64,000 nt of DNA. Origin: an uncultured Bacilli bacterium (GTDB taxonomy: Bacteria; Bacillota_I; Bacilli_A; RF39; UBA660). Position numbers and translations under genes: made by a program. Below the pieces are notes generated by a model. It was not told the DNA's origin and did not search any database. It saw nothing but the letters and a program-made list of their open reading frames with translations. This document shows, one piece after another, positions 37,074 through 46,142 of the stretch. The DNA lies in assembly GCA_944332705.1 (NCBI GenBank), contig CALVKM010000004.1, positions 1,243-65,242 on the forward strand, written 5' to 3'. The first letter of the stretch is position 1; every line of letters begins with the position of its first letter.

Positions 37074-38194
37074 TACATTAATTCCTTTTTAAAATCCATT
37101 AAAGCTTCATAATCAACCGCTGTTCCAAAGGCATTATTATAAAATTTCTTGCTTTTAGATAACTCTGGTCTGAAATTATAATTTAAATACATATTTTCTA
37201 ATTTTATTTTATCATTATATTTTGTTATATAAATATTATCTGTTCTATTAAATAAATCTAATAGTTCCGGATAGTGAGTGGTAAATATTAATGTAGCGTT
37301 ATGTTTATTTACGCTTTTATCTTTATATAAATTTATTAAATTTTCAACTAAAGTTTTATGAAAATGATTTTCTATTTCATCTATTACTAAATCTGCTCCA
37401 AATAATAAAGAGTATATAGCAAAAGTAAATAAACTAAAACCTTTAGTTGTACCACTGGATAATAGTTTATATAATTCTCTACTATTAACTATTTTAGTTG
37501 TTTTATTTGTATAATATATTTTATATTCATCCTCTTTAAGTTTTGCAATATTCTCTAAATGTTCATCAAACATTTTTAATATTTTACTAATTATACTTGT
37601 AGAATTAAATAATTTATAAGTATCAAAAGCTTCACTATATCCCATATAATTAAAATCATCGCTTGATAAATATACTCCTCTTAATAATATTTTCTTTAAA
37701 ACATAATAAAGCATTGATGTATCATCTGGCAAATGAAAATTTGTTGTATCTACTTCTTCATATTTATCATAATTAAATAAATCTTTAGAATGGGTTTTGA
37801 AATATAATCTTTTATACAATAATTCATTTGCAAATGTTATAGTTTTAGTACTGCTTGGTAATAAATCTGTAATATATCTATAAATGTATCCTTCATGATA
37901 AAAAGTTATATCTAAATTTAACTTTTTATCTATAATATCAATTAAATAACTATTTTTCACTCTAAAAAATGATAATATTTCATATACTAAAGCGAGTAAT
38001 TCTACTGCTGTAGTTTTGCCAGAGGCATTTTTACCAACTATACCAATAGTGCTAAATGTATAAAGATTTTCCTTAATTTCATTTAATTCAAATTCTTTAT
38101 CTTCTTCTGTTTTATTAGCAACAGGAACATAAGAAATTGTAAAATTATCTTCACACAATTTAAAATTATTGGCAACAATTTTTAATAATTTCAT
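37073..38194 (-). CDS. ABC-type (AAA_21-like) ATPase of OLD/AbiL/PARIS-type conflict systems
   Basis: GKNASGKTT Walker A, LSSGTTKGF signature-like, LVIDEIENHFH Walker B/D-loop, FTTHYPELL H-loop; ATG at 38194 is 8 nt after GGAGG. Confidence 0.75.
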   Translation of the reverse strand: MKLLKIVANNFKLCEDNFTISYVPVANKTEEDKEFELNEIKENLYTFSTIGIVGKNASGKTTAVELLALVYEILSFFRVKNSYLIDIIDKKLNLDITFYHEGYIYRYITDLLPSSTKTITFANELLYKRLYFKTHSKDLFNYDKYEEVDTTNFHLPDDTSMLYYVLKKILLRGVYLSSDDFNYMGYSEAFDTYKLFNSTSIISKILKMFDEHLENIAKLKEDEYKIYYTNKTTKIVNSRELYKLLSSGTTKGFSLFTFAIYSLLFGADLVIDEIENHFHKTLVENLINLYKDKSVNKHNATLIFTTHYPELLDLFNRTDNIYITKYNDKIKLENMYLNYNFRPELSKSKKFYNNAFGTAVDYEALMDFKKELM

Positions 38195-38218
38195 ATACTT
38201 TTCCTCCATTTCAATATA

Positions 38219-38227
38219 ATTATATCA
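38219..38227 (-). promoter_or_regulatory. Extended -10 promoter element upstream of the ATPase gene
   Basis: Minus strand TGaTATAAT; no good -35 at 17 nt. Confidence 0.4.
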
Positions 38228-38283
38228 CATTTTACGTCAAAATATACATTTTTTTTGTATTTTTTGAAATTTAGTTAAATTAT

Positions 38284-39315
38284 TTAAAAATATAATCTGT
38301 TGTATTCATTAGTTGATACCCCCAAATATTTAATTGCTTCTTTTTTACTTATTATATTTTCTGACTCTAATCTAAATATTATCTTTTTTTCTTTTAATGG
38401 ATGTTCTTCAACAAATTTAAGTTGTTCTTTTTTTAAACCTTTTTTTGATAACTGAATAAATAAATTCCTTTTTTTAAATTCATCTATTATCCCAAGATAA
38501 TAAAGTCGCATTATAACAGCATTTAATGAAACTTTATAATTAGTAGCTAGCATAAATATATCATTAAGAGAAATATTTTTTATTAATTTATTTCTTCCTA
38601 TAGCTAAATCACTTTTTATACTAAATTGTGGCATCAACAAACATGATGCAAAATAATTACAATATTTTTCTTTATCTTTCTGACTTAAATCTTCCTTAAA
38701 ATTCAATATTAAATGTCCTAATTCATGAGCTAATGTAAATCTATTTCGTTCATATCCTTTAGAAGATAAAATTATGAACGAGCAATCATTTACCTTGCCA
38801 CTAAAACCATCAAAATTTTCTGAAAAATTTATTTCTAATATTAAAAAGTCATTATCTTCTAATTTATCAGTTAAATTATCAAGTGGTCCACTTTCAGAAA
38901 CTCCAAGTAGTTTTCTAACCTTTAGAGCAATTTCTTCAATTTCACTATAATTAGATACATTAAATTTCCATTTTTTATCAAAAGAAACAAATTCATCCGC
39001 CAAATTTAATATTTCTATGTATTTAGATATTTCATCTTTGCATAATAATTGTAATCCTTCAAGTTGTTTTTTACTTAATTGAGAATTTTTTCTATAATTG
39101 CCAAATTCTATTTTAACAGCTGGATAACTATATACCAAATCAGATATATTTACTTTTAATATTTTAGCTATTTCAATTAATCTAGTAGAATTTGGAGTCA
39201 TAATATCATCCTCATATTTTTTAATAGTTTGATGTGACACTCCTAAAAGATTCGCAAGATCTCGCATGGATAATCCATTTAATAACCTATATTTCTTTAT
39301 ATTATTTCCTAGCAT
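38284..39315 (-). CDS. Fusion regulator: N-terminal XRE HTH + C-terminal ImmA/IrrE (M78) metallopeptidase domain
   Basis: LSMRDLANLLGVSHQTIKKYE HTH; FTLAHELGHLIL HExxH motif; ATG at 39315 is 5 nt after AGGAGG. Confidence 0.8.
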   Translation of the reverse strand: MLGNNIKKYRLLNGLSMRDLANLLGVSHQTIKKYEDDIMTPNSTRLIEIAKILKVNISDLVYSYPAVKIEFGNYRKNSQLSKKQLEGLQLLCKDEISKYIEILNLADEFVSFDKKWKFNVSNYSEIEEIALKVRKLLGVSESGPLDNLTDKLEDNDFLILEINFSENFDGFSGKVNDCSFIILSSKGYERNRFTLAHELGHLILNFKEDLSQKDKEKYCNYFASCLLMPQFSIKSDLAIGRNKLIKNISLNDIFMLATNYKVSLNAVIMRLYYLGIIDEFKKRNLFIQLSKKGLKKEQLKFVEEHPLKEKKIIFRLESENIISKKEAIKYLGVSTNEYNRLYF

Positions 39316-39333
39316 AAATACCTCCTTGTTTAC

Positions 39334-39362
39334 ATTATACAAAATAATTATATTTTTGTAAA
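39334..39362 (-). promoter_or_regulatory. Sigma-A-type promoter of the HTH-ImmA gene
   Basis: Minus strand TTTACA - 17 nt - TATAAT, 7 nt upstream of the SD (very short leader). Confidence 0.45.
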
Positions 39363-39388
39363 CAATAAATTTTATGTTCTCTCCTTTT

Positions 39389-39484
39389 TTCTGCAGAATT
39401 CCCTGTGCTCTAATTAATGTTAGTAATATCAGAAAAATACAACTATGATTCTCTGCAGTGCTCTGTGCATTTCTCTGCAGAATT
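39389..39484. repeat. Intergenic cluster of three CTGCAG palindromes within direct repeats
   Basis: CTGCAG at 39391-39396, 39453-39458, 39475-39480; TTCTCTGCAG at 39449-39458 and 39471-39480; CTGCAGAATT at 39391-39400 and 39475-39484. Confidence 0.7.
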
Positions 39485-39492
39485 TAAGCATC

Positions 39493-39517
39493 AAAAAAAC
39501 TATAGCCTAAGCTATAG
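39493..39517 (-). terminator. Rho-independent terminator after the orphan VirD4-like gene
   Basis: Minus strand CTATAGC-TTAG-GCTATAG hairpin immediately after stop, followed by T7. Confidence 0.7.
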
Positions 39518-39519
39518 CA

Positions 39520-40842
39520 TTATTCACTATATATTTTTGTTTCATGTGTCTTTCTTAGAGGCAAATTAACTTTATTATATTCACCCCAATTAAATTTATA
39601 ATCAGGATATAATTTAGTTCTAATTGGATATTCTCTAGGCATTAATATTATTGCTTCAAAAGACCGTAATACTTTTAATTCTTCAACTGTAATTAATGGT
39701 TGTATTTTTTTATCAGCTAAAGTATTACCACAAATTTTAGAAATTTCTGTTAAAGTATCATAATCATTAGAAAGTAAATAAATTGTATTTGTAAAACACA
39801 TTCTAAGTATTTCCGAGTTTTCTTTACCATAAGTATTTTCTAGATCTTTAAAACTTCTAATAATAGCAGTAATACATACTTTATTTCTTCTGATGTTATT
39901 TATTAACTTAGAAAAGTCTTTAATAGGAAGTAAATTATCAAAATCATCTAATAAAACATTTAATCTTTTTTTATTATTATCTTCAATTGAATCAATTACT
40001 TGATTAATAAATAGAGGAATTATATCATTATAGTTTGATGTATTACCACTTAAAATAAAGATTGCTGTTTTTTCTTTTTGAATATCTCTTAAATCAAAAT
40101 CACTATAATTTAACATATTAGCTAAATTAACTCTGGTTATATATTTATGCATTCTTAAATTAAATGTAGCAATTATTCCCCCTTTTGTTTCTGCTGGAGC
40201 TTTTAAAATAGCTGATAAATAATAACTAATAGTTTCTTTATCCTTTATTTTATCAATAAACTTATCATCTATTTTATTAGCTAAATTATAAATGCTTTCT
40301 AAGTTTATTTCATCAGATTTAGCATTTTCAAATAAATACAAAGCTAAACCAACAAAATAATCTATTGCAGAATTATTCCAAAAACTACTAGCTTCATCAC
40401 TATCACTAAACAAGTAGTATGCGATATTTTCAAGTTCCATAACAGAGCTATCCAAATCATTATTTTTATATAAACTATATGGTAATGTTAAAGGATTCCA
40501 ATTATTACCATATTTTGCTTCTTTAAAATCAATAGCAATAACTTTATAACCATTATCATCTAGCAAACCACTTAAAGTATTATAAGCTTCCCCACTAATA
40601 TCATGGATTACAAATGATTCCCCAGCTTTAATAGAAAGTCTAGCCATTGGTAATATAACCGTTTGACTTTTACCAGAACCAGTTGAACCAATTACTAAAT
40701 TATGGCCATCATGCGTATTAATATAAAAATTACCATTATCATACATCATAGGAAAACCTGATTCATCTAACACCCCCGTTCCATCATATTTAACTAATTT
40801 TTCTTTGAACTTATTATTATTCGTCCAATGAGCATATTGCAT
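39520..40842 (-). CDS. Soluble VirD4/TraG-like ATPase paralogue (no TM segments, no C-terminal tail)
   Basis: Colinear with residues about 140-570 of the 24181-26388 product: GSTGSGKSQT, NNWNPLTLPY, APAETKGG, LLDDFDNLLP, IIRSF..L...YG. Confidence 0.8.
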   Translation of the reverse strand: MQYAHWTNNNKFKEKLVKYDGTGVLDESGFPMMYDNGNFYINTHDGHNLVIGSTGSGKSQTVILPMARLSIKAGESFVIHDISGEAYNTLSGLLDDNGYKVIAIDFKEAKYGNNWNPLTLPYSLYKNNDLDSSVMELENIAYYLFSDSDEASSFWNNSAIDYFVGLALYLFENAKSDEINLESIYNLANKIDDKFIDKIKDKETISYYLSAILKAPAETKGGIIATFNLRMHKYITRVNLANMLNYSDFDLRDIQKEKTAIFILSGNTSNYNDIIPLFINQVIDSIEDNNKKRLNVLLDDFDNLLPIKDFSKLINNIRRNKVCITAIIRSFKDLENTYGKENSEILRMCFTNTIYLLSNDYDTLTEISKICGNTLADKKIQPLITVEELKVLRSFEAIILMPREYPIRTKLYPDYKFNWGEYNKVNLPLRKTHETKIYSE

Positions 40843-40924
40843 TTTTTCTCACCTCACATATATTAAATCACATATTTTATATTATTTTTTAAACAATAGT
40901 GGCTTTTTATGATATAATGTACTT

Positions 40925-41380
40925 ATGAAAGAAGTAATATATAAAATATTAAAATTTATAGATTCTAATATTAATCAAAAAATAGATATAGATTATTTAT
41001 CTAAACATTTTTATATTAATAGATATTATTTAATGAAACTATTTAAAAGAGAAATGGGTTTAACTATTAATAACTATATTAATAGTCTAAGAATATATAA
41101 TAGCCTTAAAGATATTAAAGATAAAAGCATTTTAAATGCTGCTTTAAAAAATGGCTTTTATTCTCAAGAATATTATTCTGAGACATTTAAAAAAATTATG
41201 GGAGTTAAACCAATTACTTATAAAAAGTATATTAATTATGATAAATCAGTATCCTATAAAGAAATAGATATAATTTTAAATAATTTAATTAATTTAAAAG
41301 ATATAGTAAATAAAAAAGAAAATTATTTACATAACTTTCTTTATCAAGATCATGAACAAGTATTATCTATATTTAGATAA
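40925..41380 (+). CDS. Short AraC-family (HTH_18) transcriptional regulator without sensor domain
   Basis: 151 aa with two HTH units (..DYLSKHFYINRYYLMKLFKRE.. and ..AALKNGFYSQEYYSETFKK..G..P..Y). Confidence 0.75.
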   Translation: MKEVIYKILKFIDSNINQKIDIDYLSKHFYINRYYLMKLFKREMGLTINNYINSLRIYNSLKDIKDKSILNAALKNGFYSQEYYSETFKKIMGVKPITYKKYINYDKSVSYKEIDIILNNLINLKDIVNKKENYLHNFLYQDHEQVLSIFR

Positions 41381-41381
41381 A

Positions 41382-42734
41382 TTATGGCAACAATAATTTT
41401 TGACCGATTGATAATACAGTTGTTGATAAATTGTTTAATTTAGTTAGTTCCGCAACTGTAGTGCCAAATTCTTCTGCTATACCATATAAGGTATCTCCTG
41501 ATTTTACGGTATAAACTACATTATCACTACTGCTACTTGGTATTTTTAGAGTCTGACCAATACTTAAAGTATTACTCGTTAAATTATTTAACGATTTTAA
41601 AGCATCAACTGTTGTATTATATTTATTTGCAATCGCATAAAGGGTATCTCCTGATTTTACAATGTAAGTATCAGTACTTGTAGTACTACTACCTGGTAGT
41701 TTTAAAACTTGGCCAATTGATAGTGTGTTACTAGTTAAGTTATTTAATGATTTTAGCGTATCAACTGTTGTATTATATTTTTTGGCTATAGCATATAATG
41801 AATCTCCACTTTTAACAGTATAAGTATCAGTACTTATAGTACTACTACCTGGTAATTTTAAAACTTGACCAATAGACAAAGAATCTGTCGTTAAATTGTT
41901 GATAGATTTCAAGTTATCAACAGTAGTATTAAATTTATTGGCTATACCATATAATGTATCACCTTTTTGAACTATATATTCATTTGTAGTAGCTTCAGAT
42001 TCTTTGGTTGGAATAAGTAAATTTTGGCCAATACTTAATAAATTACTTGTTAAATTATTAGCTTGTTTTAATTCATCCACTGTAATACCAAATTTCTTGG
42101 AAATACTCCATAGGGAATCTCCACTTTTAACTGTGTAGTAATTAGATCCAGATGGAGCAATATAAGTACCACCAGCATATTCCACAATGGCTTTAGTTAC
42201 TGCTTCAGCAAGTTCTTCCCAATTATTTTTAATTTGTGATACATCATCTCCGGTAGAATCTGCAAAACCATATTCCACAATTACTGTTTCATTATTAGGA
42301 GTATCTCGCATTATATAATAATAATCTTTCGCGGGATTACTAGGTAATCTTCTTTGATAATACTTTCTTACATTTTGACCAGCTGTTTCTAATTCTTTAG
42401 CAATTTTTGCTGAAAATGTATCATCATTGCGAAGGGCATAAATAACCTCAGCACCATCACCTCCACCAGCATTAATGTGATTAGATACAACTATTACATC
42501 TTCACCATTACCATAAAAACTTTGAATACGACTAGGCCTTGAATTACTATCAAGTGTTTCATCAGTGGTCCTAGACATTTCATTAGGAATTCCTAACTCA
42601 TCTAATCTATTATGAATATATTCACTAATTTTTAACGTATAATCCTTCTCTACGATTCCGTTAGAAATTGTCCCCGGGTCATTTCCCCCATGTCCAGGAT
42701 CAATCACAACTTTCTTTATCGCTCTATTATCCAT
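41382..42734 (-). CDS. N-acetylmuramoyl-L-alanine amidase (Amidase_3) with five LysM repeats
   Basis: VVIDPGHGGNDPG amidase motif; five Y.VKSGD(S/T)L..IA.K(F/Y)..TV..L...N.L.S..L.IGQ.L..P repeats. Confidence 0.9.
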   Translation of the reverse strand: MDNRAIKKVVIDPGHGGNDPGTISNGIVEKDYTLKISEYIHNRLDELGIPNEMSRTTDETLDSNSRPSRIQSFYGNGEDVIVVSNHINAGGGDGAEVIYALRNDDTFSAKIAKELETAGQNVRKYYQRRLPSNPAKDYYYIMRDTPNNETVIVEYGFADSTGDDVSQIKNNWEELAEAVTKAIVEYAGGTYIAPSGSNYYTVKSGDSLWSISKKFGITVDELKQANNLTSNLLSIGQNLLIPTKESEATTNEYIVQKGDTLYGIANKFNTTVDNLKSINNLTTDSLSIGQVLKLPGSSTISTDTYTVKSGDSLYAIAKKYNTTVDTLKSLNNLTSNTLSIGQVLKLPGSSTTSTDTYIVKSGDTLYAIANKYNTTVDALKSLNNLTSNTLSIGQTLKIPSSSSDNVVYTVKSGDTLYGIAEEFGTTVAELTKLNNLSTTVLSIGQKLLLP

Positions 42735-42921
42735 GTTTATATCACCTAGAATATTATATGAATATTTTAGGTATTGGTTAAATTACTTATATTAAAAAAA
42801 TATTTTTTAAGCTTCTGCTATTACAAAATCTATTAATTATTTTTAAAGTTTGGTTTCGTTAAACCATTTTTTCAAATGATTAGGAACGAAAATAAAATAA
42901 AATAATGATTACCATCCGTTT

Positions 42922-43374
42922 TTAATTCAAATTATTTAAAATTTTATAACTTCTTTTAATTCTTCTTATACTAGTTATTATTAATAACAATCCCAACAAA
43001 ATAAAAACAACAGAAAACAAAAGCAAGGATATATCATCACTTTTATAATCACTTGGAAGTATTTCTTCGGGGTTATCGGGATTATACATAATACTTACTG
43101 AAGAACCAATATCTAGTAAGATATCATCATAATCATTTAAACTTGATTCATATACTGTGTCGTCCACAGTATATTCTAATACTTCAGAATTTAAATTATT
43201 ATCATCATAAGTATAATTTATTACTGTAGCTGTTGTATTTATATAGTAATCTTCGAAAGACGAACCAAATATAGTAGCAACAAGTAAAAAAGTCCCTAGT
43301 AAGGTAAGTAATGTTCCTGCAATAATATTAATAAAAGGATTACCAGGATTTTCATATCTATATCTATCTTGCAC
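42922..43374 (-). CDS. DUF3592-like membrane protein
   Basis: TM - beta-rich soluble segment - TM architecture, 150 aa. Confidence 0.45.
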   Translation of the reverse strand: MQDRYRYENPGNPFINIIAGTLLTLLGTFLLVATIFGSSFEDYYINTTATVINYTYDDNNLNSEVLEYTVDDTVYESSLNDYDDILLDIGSSVSIMYNPDNPEEILPSDYKSDDISLLLFSVVFILLGLLLIITSIRRIKRSYKILNNLN

Positions 43375-43461
43375 TAAATCACACCCCTCATAATTAGAAT
43401 AACATTTTATTTAGCTATTGTCTATTAAAAACGTTTGTTACCAAAAAATAATGTTGAAAAC

Positions 43462-44148
43462 TCACAAGTTATCAACATTATTCCTAAATAAACTCCAAGG
43501 ATATTTTTCTAAATTAGGTAGGCTAGTAAAATTCATTATTTCATCTCTAACAGGATGTTTAAACTTTATGTTTACTGCCCATAGGGCAATTTGTTCACCT
43601 GAGGAAGCATTATCATTATATTTTTGATCACCCCACAAAGGATATCCATGATAGGCAAACTGGGCTCTTATTTGATGTTTTCTACCAGTTATTAAACTTA
43701 TTTTAACTAAAGATAGATTTTGAGCACATGCAATTACTTGATATTTTAGTTTAGCAATCTTACCAGATGTATCAATACTGACTTTAAATTCATCATTTAC
43801 AATATTGTCAACAAATTCTCCATTACCTTTTAAATTTCCGCAGACTACTGCTAGATAAGTTTTCTTGAAACTAGAGTTACGAATCATTTCACTAAGTCTT
43901 GCTGCTGCTTTACTAGTTTTAGCTAAAACCATAACACCACCGACTGGCCTATCTAAGCGATGCACTAACCCTAGATAAACATTCCCCGGTTTGTTATATT
44001 TTTCTTTGAGATATTTTTTAATTAAAGTTAATAAATCTATATCTTTAGTAATATCTGCTTGCACTAATATATTTACTGGTTTTTCTACAACAATTATATG
44101 ATTATCTTCATATAATATTTTAATCTTGCCAAAGTCCATAAATACCAC
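43462..44148 (-). CDS. RluA-family pseudouridine synthase
   Basis: HRLDRPVGGVMVLAKT catalytic motif; HQIRAQ motif. Confidence 0.85.
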   Translation of the reverse strand: MVFMDFGKIKILYEDNHIIVVEKPVNILVQADITKDIDLLTLIKKYLKEKYNKPGNVYLGLVHRLDRPVGGVMVLAKTSKAAARLSEMIRNSSFKKTYLAVVCGNLKGNGEFVDNIVNDEFKVSIDTSGKIAKLKYQVIACAQNLSLVKISLITGRKHQIRAQFAYHGYPLWGDQKYNDNASSGEQIALWAVNIKFKHPVRDEIMNFTSLPNLEKYPWSLFRNNVDNL

Positions 44149-44980
44149 ACGGTAAAACTAAACCATTTTTACTTATTGGTAGTCCTATTTCTCCACTATC
44201 TACCCTACCACCATGAATACTCGCAATAGTTAATTTTAAAATATTATATAAAACTGTACTAGATATACCAGTTGTATAAGCATTAATTAAGAAAAATAAT
44301 GGTTTATCACTTAAAAGCTCGCTACACTTAGCTACTAACTCCGGCAAATTATGTTCAAGTTTCCATAGTTCCCCATTAGGTCCTCTTCCATAACTTGGTG
44401 GATCCATGACGATTGCATCATATTTATTGCCTCGGCGGATTTCTCTTTCAACAAATTTTAGACAATCATCAACAAGAAATCTTATATTATTATCATGTAG
44501 GCCACATAAATCTCTATTTTCTTTAGCCCAAGCAACCATCCCTTTGGCGGCATCAACATGAACAACATCTGCTCCAGCCTTACTACAAGCAACAGTTGCT
44601 GCCCCAGTATAAGCAAATAAATTTAAGACTTTAATAGGTCTTTTTGCATTTCTTATTTTTTCCATCATAAAATCCCAATTGGTTGCTTGCTCTGGAAATA
44701 AACCAGTATGTTTAAAATTAGTTGGACTAACTTTAAAAGTTAAATCTTTATATTTAATGGTCCAGTATTCTGGTAATTTTTCTTTGAATTCCCAGTGGCC
44801 TCCGCCATCTTTAAAGCGATGATATGTACCACTTACGTTTTCCCAAGCATCACTCTTTTTTACTGGCCACATCGCCGATGGTTCTGGTCTTCTTAATATA
44901 ATACTACCCCATCGCTCTAATTTTTCGCCATCTCCAGCATCTAGACATTCATAATCAACCCATTCATTACTAAGTCGCAT
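44120..44980 (-). CDS. Class I SAM-dependent (RlmI/RlmK-like) RNA methyltransferase
   Basis: VLNLFAYTGAATVA (motif I), VVHVDAAK, IVMDPPSYGRG (DPP motif IV). Confidence 0.75.
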   Translation of the reverse strand: MRLSNEWVDYECLDAGDGEKLERWGSIILRRPEPSAMWPVKKSDAWENVSGTYHRFKDGGGHWEFKEKLPEYWTIKYKDLTFKVSPTNFKHTGLFPEQATNWDFMMEKIRNAKRPIKVLNLFAYTGAATVACSKAGADVVHVDAAKGMVAWAKENRDLCGLHDNNIRFLVDDCLKFVEREIRRGNKYDAIVMDPPSYGRGPNGELWKLEHNLPELVAKCSELLSDKPLFFLINAYTTGISSTVLYNILKLTIASIHGGRVDSGEIGLPISKNGLVLPCGIYGLWQD

Positions 44981-45130
44981 TATAACACCTTCTTTTTTCT
45001 TAATATATCATATATATAAATATTAGTAAACTAAATATACTTATTTTAATTAAAGATACATTATTTCCTCCATTAATTATCTTAAAACGATAAATTCTGG
45101 AGGAAATCAAGCATTTTTTGTAAATTTATG

Positions 45131-45158
45131 AAAACAAAAAACTCCGATATATCGGAGT
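45131..45158 (-). terminator. Rho-independent terminator after rpsI
   Basis: Perfect 18-nt palindrome ACTCCGATATATCGGAGT followed on minus strand by a T run. Confidence 0.8.
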
Positions 45159-45167
45159 AAGATACTG

Positions 45168-45587
45168 TTATCTTTTTGAAAATTGTGGTGCTCTACGAGC
45201 TTTCTTAAGACCGTATTTCTTTCTTTCTTTAACTCTTGGGTCTCTAGTAATAAAGCCAGCATTTTTAAGAATATGTCTGTAGCTATCTTCTCTTGTTTGA
45301 TCAGTATTAGCATCGAATTTTAATAATGCTCTAGTAATACCTAAACGAATAGCTCCAGTTTGACCTGAAAATCCACCACCAGAAACATTAACATCAATAT
45401 CAAATCTATTTTCGTTTCCAGTTGCTACTAATGGTTGTTTTAAATCCATTACTAATGTTGCATAAGGCATGTAATCTTCTACTGCAACACCATTAACAGT
45501 AATATTACCAGTACCACCAGTAAGTCTAACTCTTGCAACACTTCTTTTTCTTCTTCCTGTTGCAGTCCATTCTTGTTTCTTAGCCAT
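45168..45587 (-). CDS. rpsI: 30S ribosomal protein S9
   Basis: GTGRRK-type N-terminus, GGG.SGQ.GAIRLGI.RAL, C-terminal [17 protein letters not shown]. Confidence 0.95.
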   Translation of the reverse strand: MAKKQEWTATGRRKRSVARVRLTGGTGNITVNGVAVEDYMPYATLVMDLKQPLVATGNENRFDIDVNVSGGGFSGQTGAIRLGITRALLKFDANTDQTREDSYRHILKNAGFITRDPRVKERKKYGLKKARRAPQFSKR

Positions 45588-45596
45588 AAATCCTCC

Positions 45597-46028
45597 CTAT
45601 TTAATTTCCAAAGCTACTGGCTTTTGAGCTTCATGTTTGTGATCAGCTCCACGGTAAACAAATAATTTTTTACCCATAGCTCTTCCAAGTCTTCCATGAG
45701 GAAGCATACCTTTAATAGCTCTTTCTACCATTTCTTCTGGATATTTTTCAATCATTTCTTTAGCTGTTCTTTCTCTTAAGCCCCCTGGATAACCTGAATG
45801 ATTATAATATTTCTTATCTTCAAGTTTGTTTCCAGTTAAAACTACTTTATCAGCATTGACTACGATTACATAATCACCACAATCTACATGTGGAGTATAT
45901 GTTGGTTTATTTTTACCGCGTAGTACTGTTGCCACTTGAGTAGCCAAACGACCTAAAGTTTTGCCTGTAGCATCAACAACATACCAATTTCTTTCAACAG
46001 TTTCTTTTTTTTGCATAAATGTTTTCAT
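45597..46028 (-). CDS. rplM: 50S ribosomal protein L13
   Basis: W.VVDA.G..LGRLA..VA..LRGK.KP.YTPHVD.GD.V.V.NA pattern. Confidence 0.95.
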   Translation of the reverse strand: MKTFMQKKETVERNWYVVDATGKTLGRLATQVATVLRGKNKPTYTPHVDCGDYVIVVNADKVVLTGNKLEDKKYYNHSGYPGGLRERTAKEMIEKYPEEMVERAIKGMLPHGRLGRAMGKKLFVYRGADHKHEAQKPVALEIK

Positions 46029-46107
46029 AACTAATTCCTTTCATCATGCTCCTTATTTAATTTTCCCACGATTAAATAAATCACATAAATAAAATGTACC
46101 GATTAAA

Positions 46108-46136
46108 ATTATATGAAAAAAAACGCCAAAAGTCAA
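46108..46136 (-). promoter_or_regulatory. Sigma-A promoter of rplM-rpsI; the roughly 70-nt leader contains a 9-bp hairpin abutting the SD
   Basis: Minus strand TTGACT - 17 nt - TATAAT; leader hairpin TTATTTAAT..ATTAAATAA next to GGAG (possible L13-leader-type autoregulation, not verified). Confidence 0.6.
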
Positions 46137-46142
46137 ATACTT

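Noticed and set aside
42735-42921. Plus-strand hairpin TGGTTT-CGTT-AAACCA followed by T6 between two minus-strand genes
   Set aside because: The stem is short and AT-rich, and no plus-strand gene or conserved structure is nearby. It is most likely incidental, or a weak antisense or bidirectional terminator, and is not reported as a feature.
45107-45313. 68-aa minus-strand ORF overlapping the rpsI 3' end and its terminator
   Set aside because: It is out of frame with the highly conserved S9 coding sequence and includes the terminator hairpin, so it is not credible.
45168-45587. Ribosomal protein S9 is about 9 aa longer than the Bacillus protein, with extra residues in ..[24 protein letters not shown]..
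   Set aside because: This is a small lineage-specific loop insertion in an otherwise canonical protein. There is no evidence of functional novelty.
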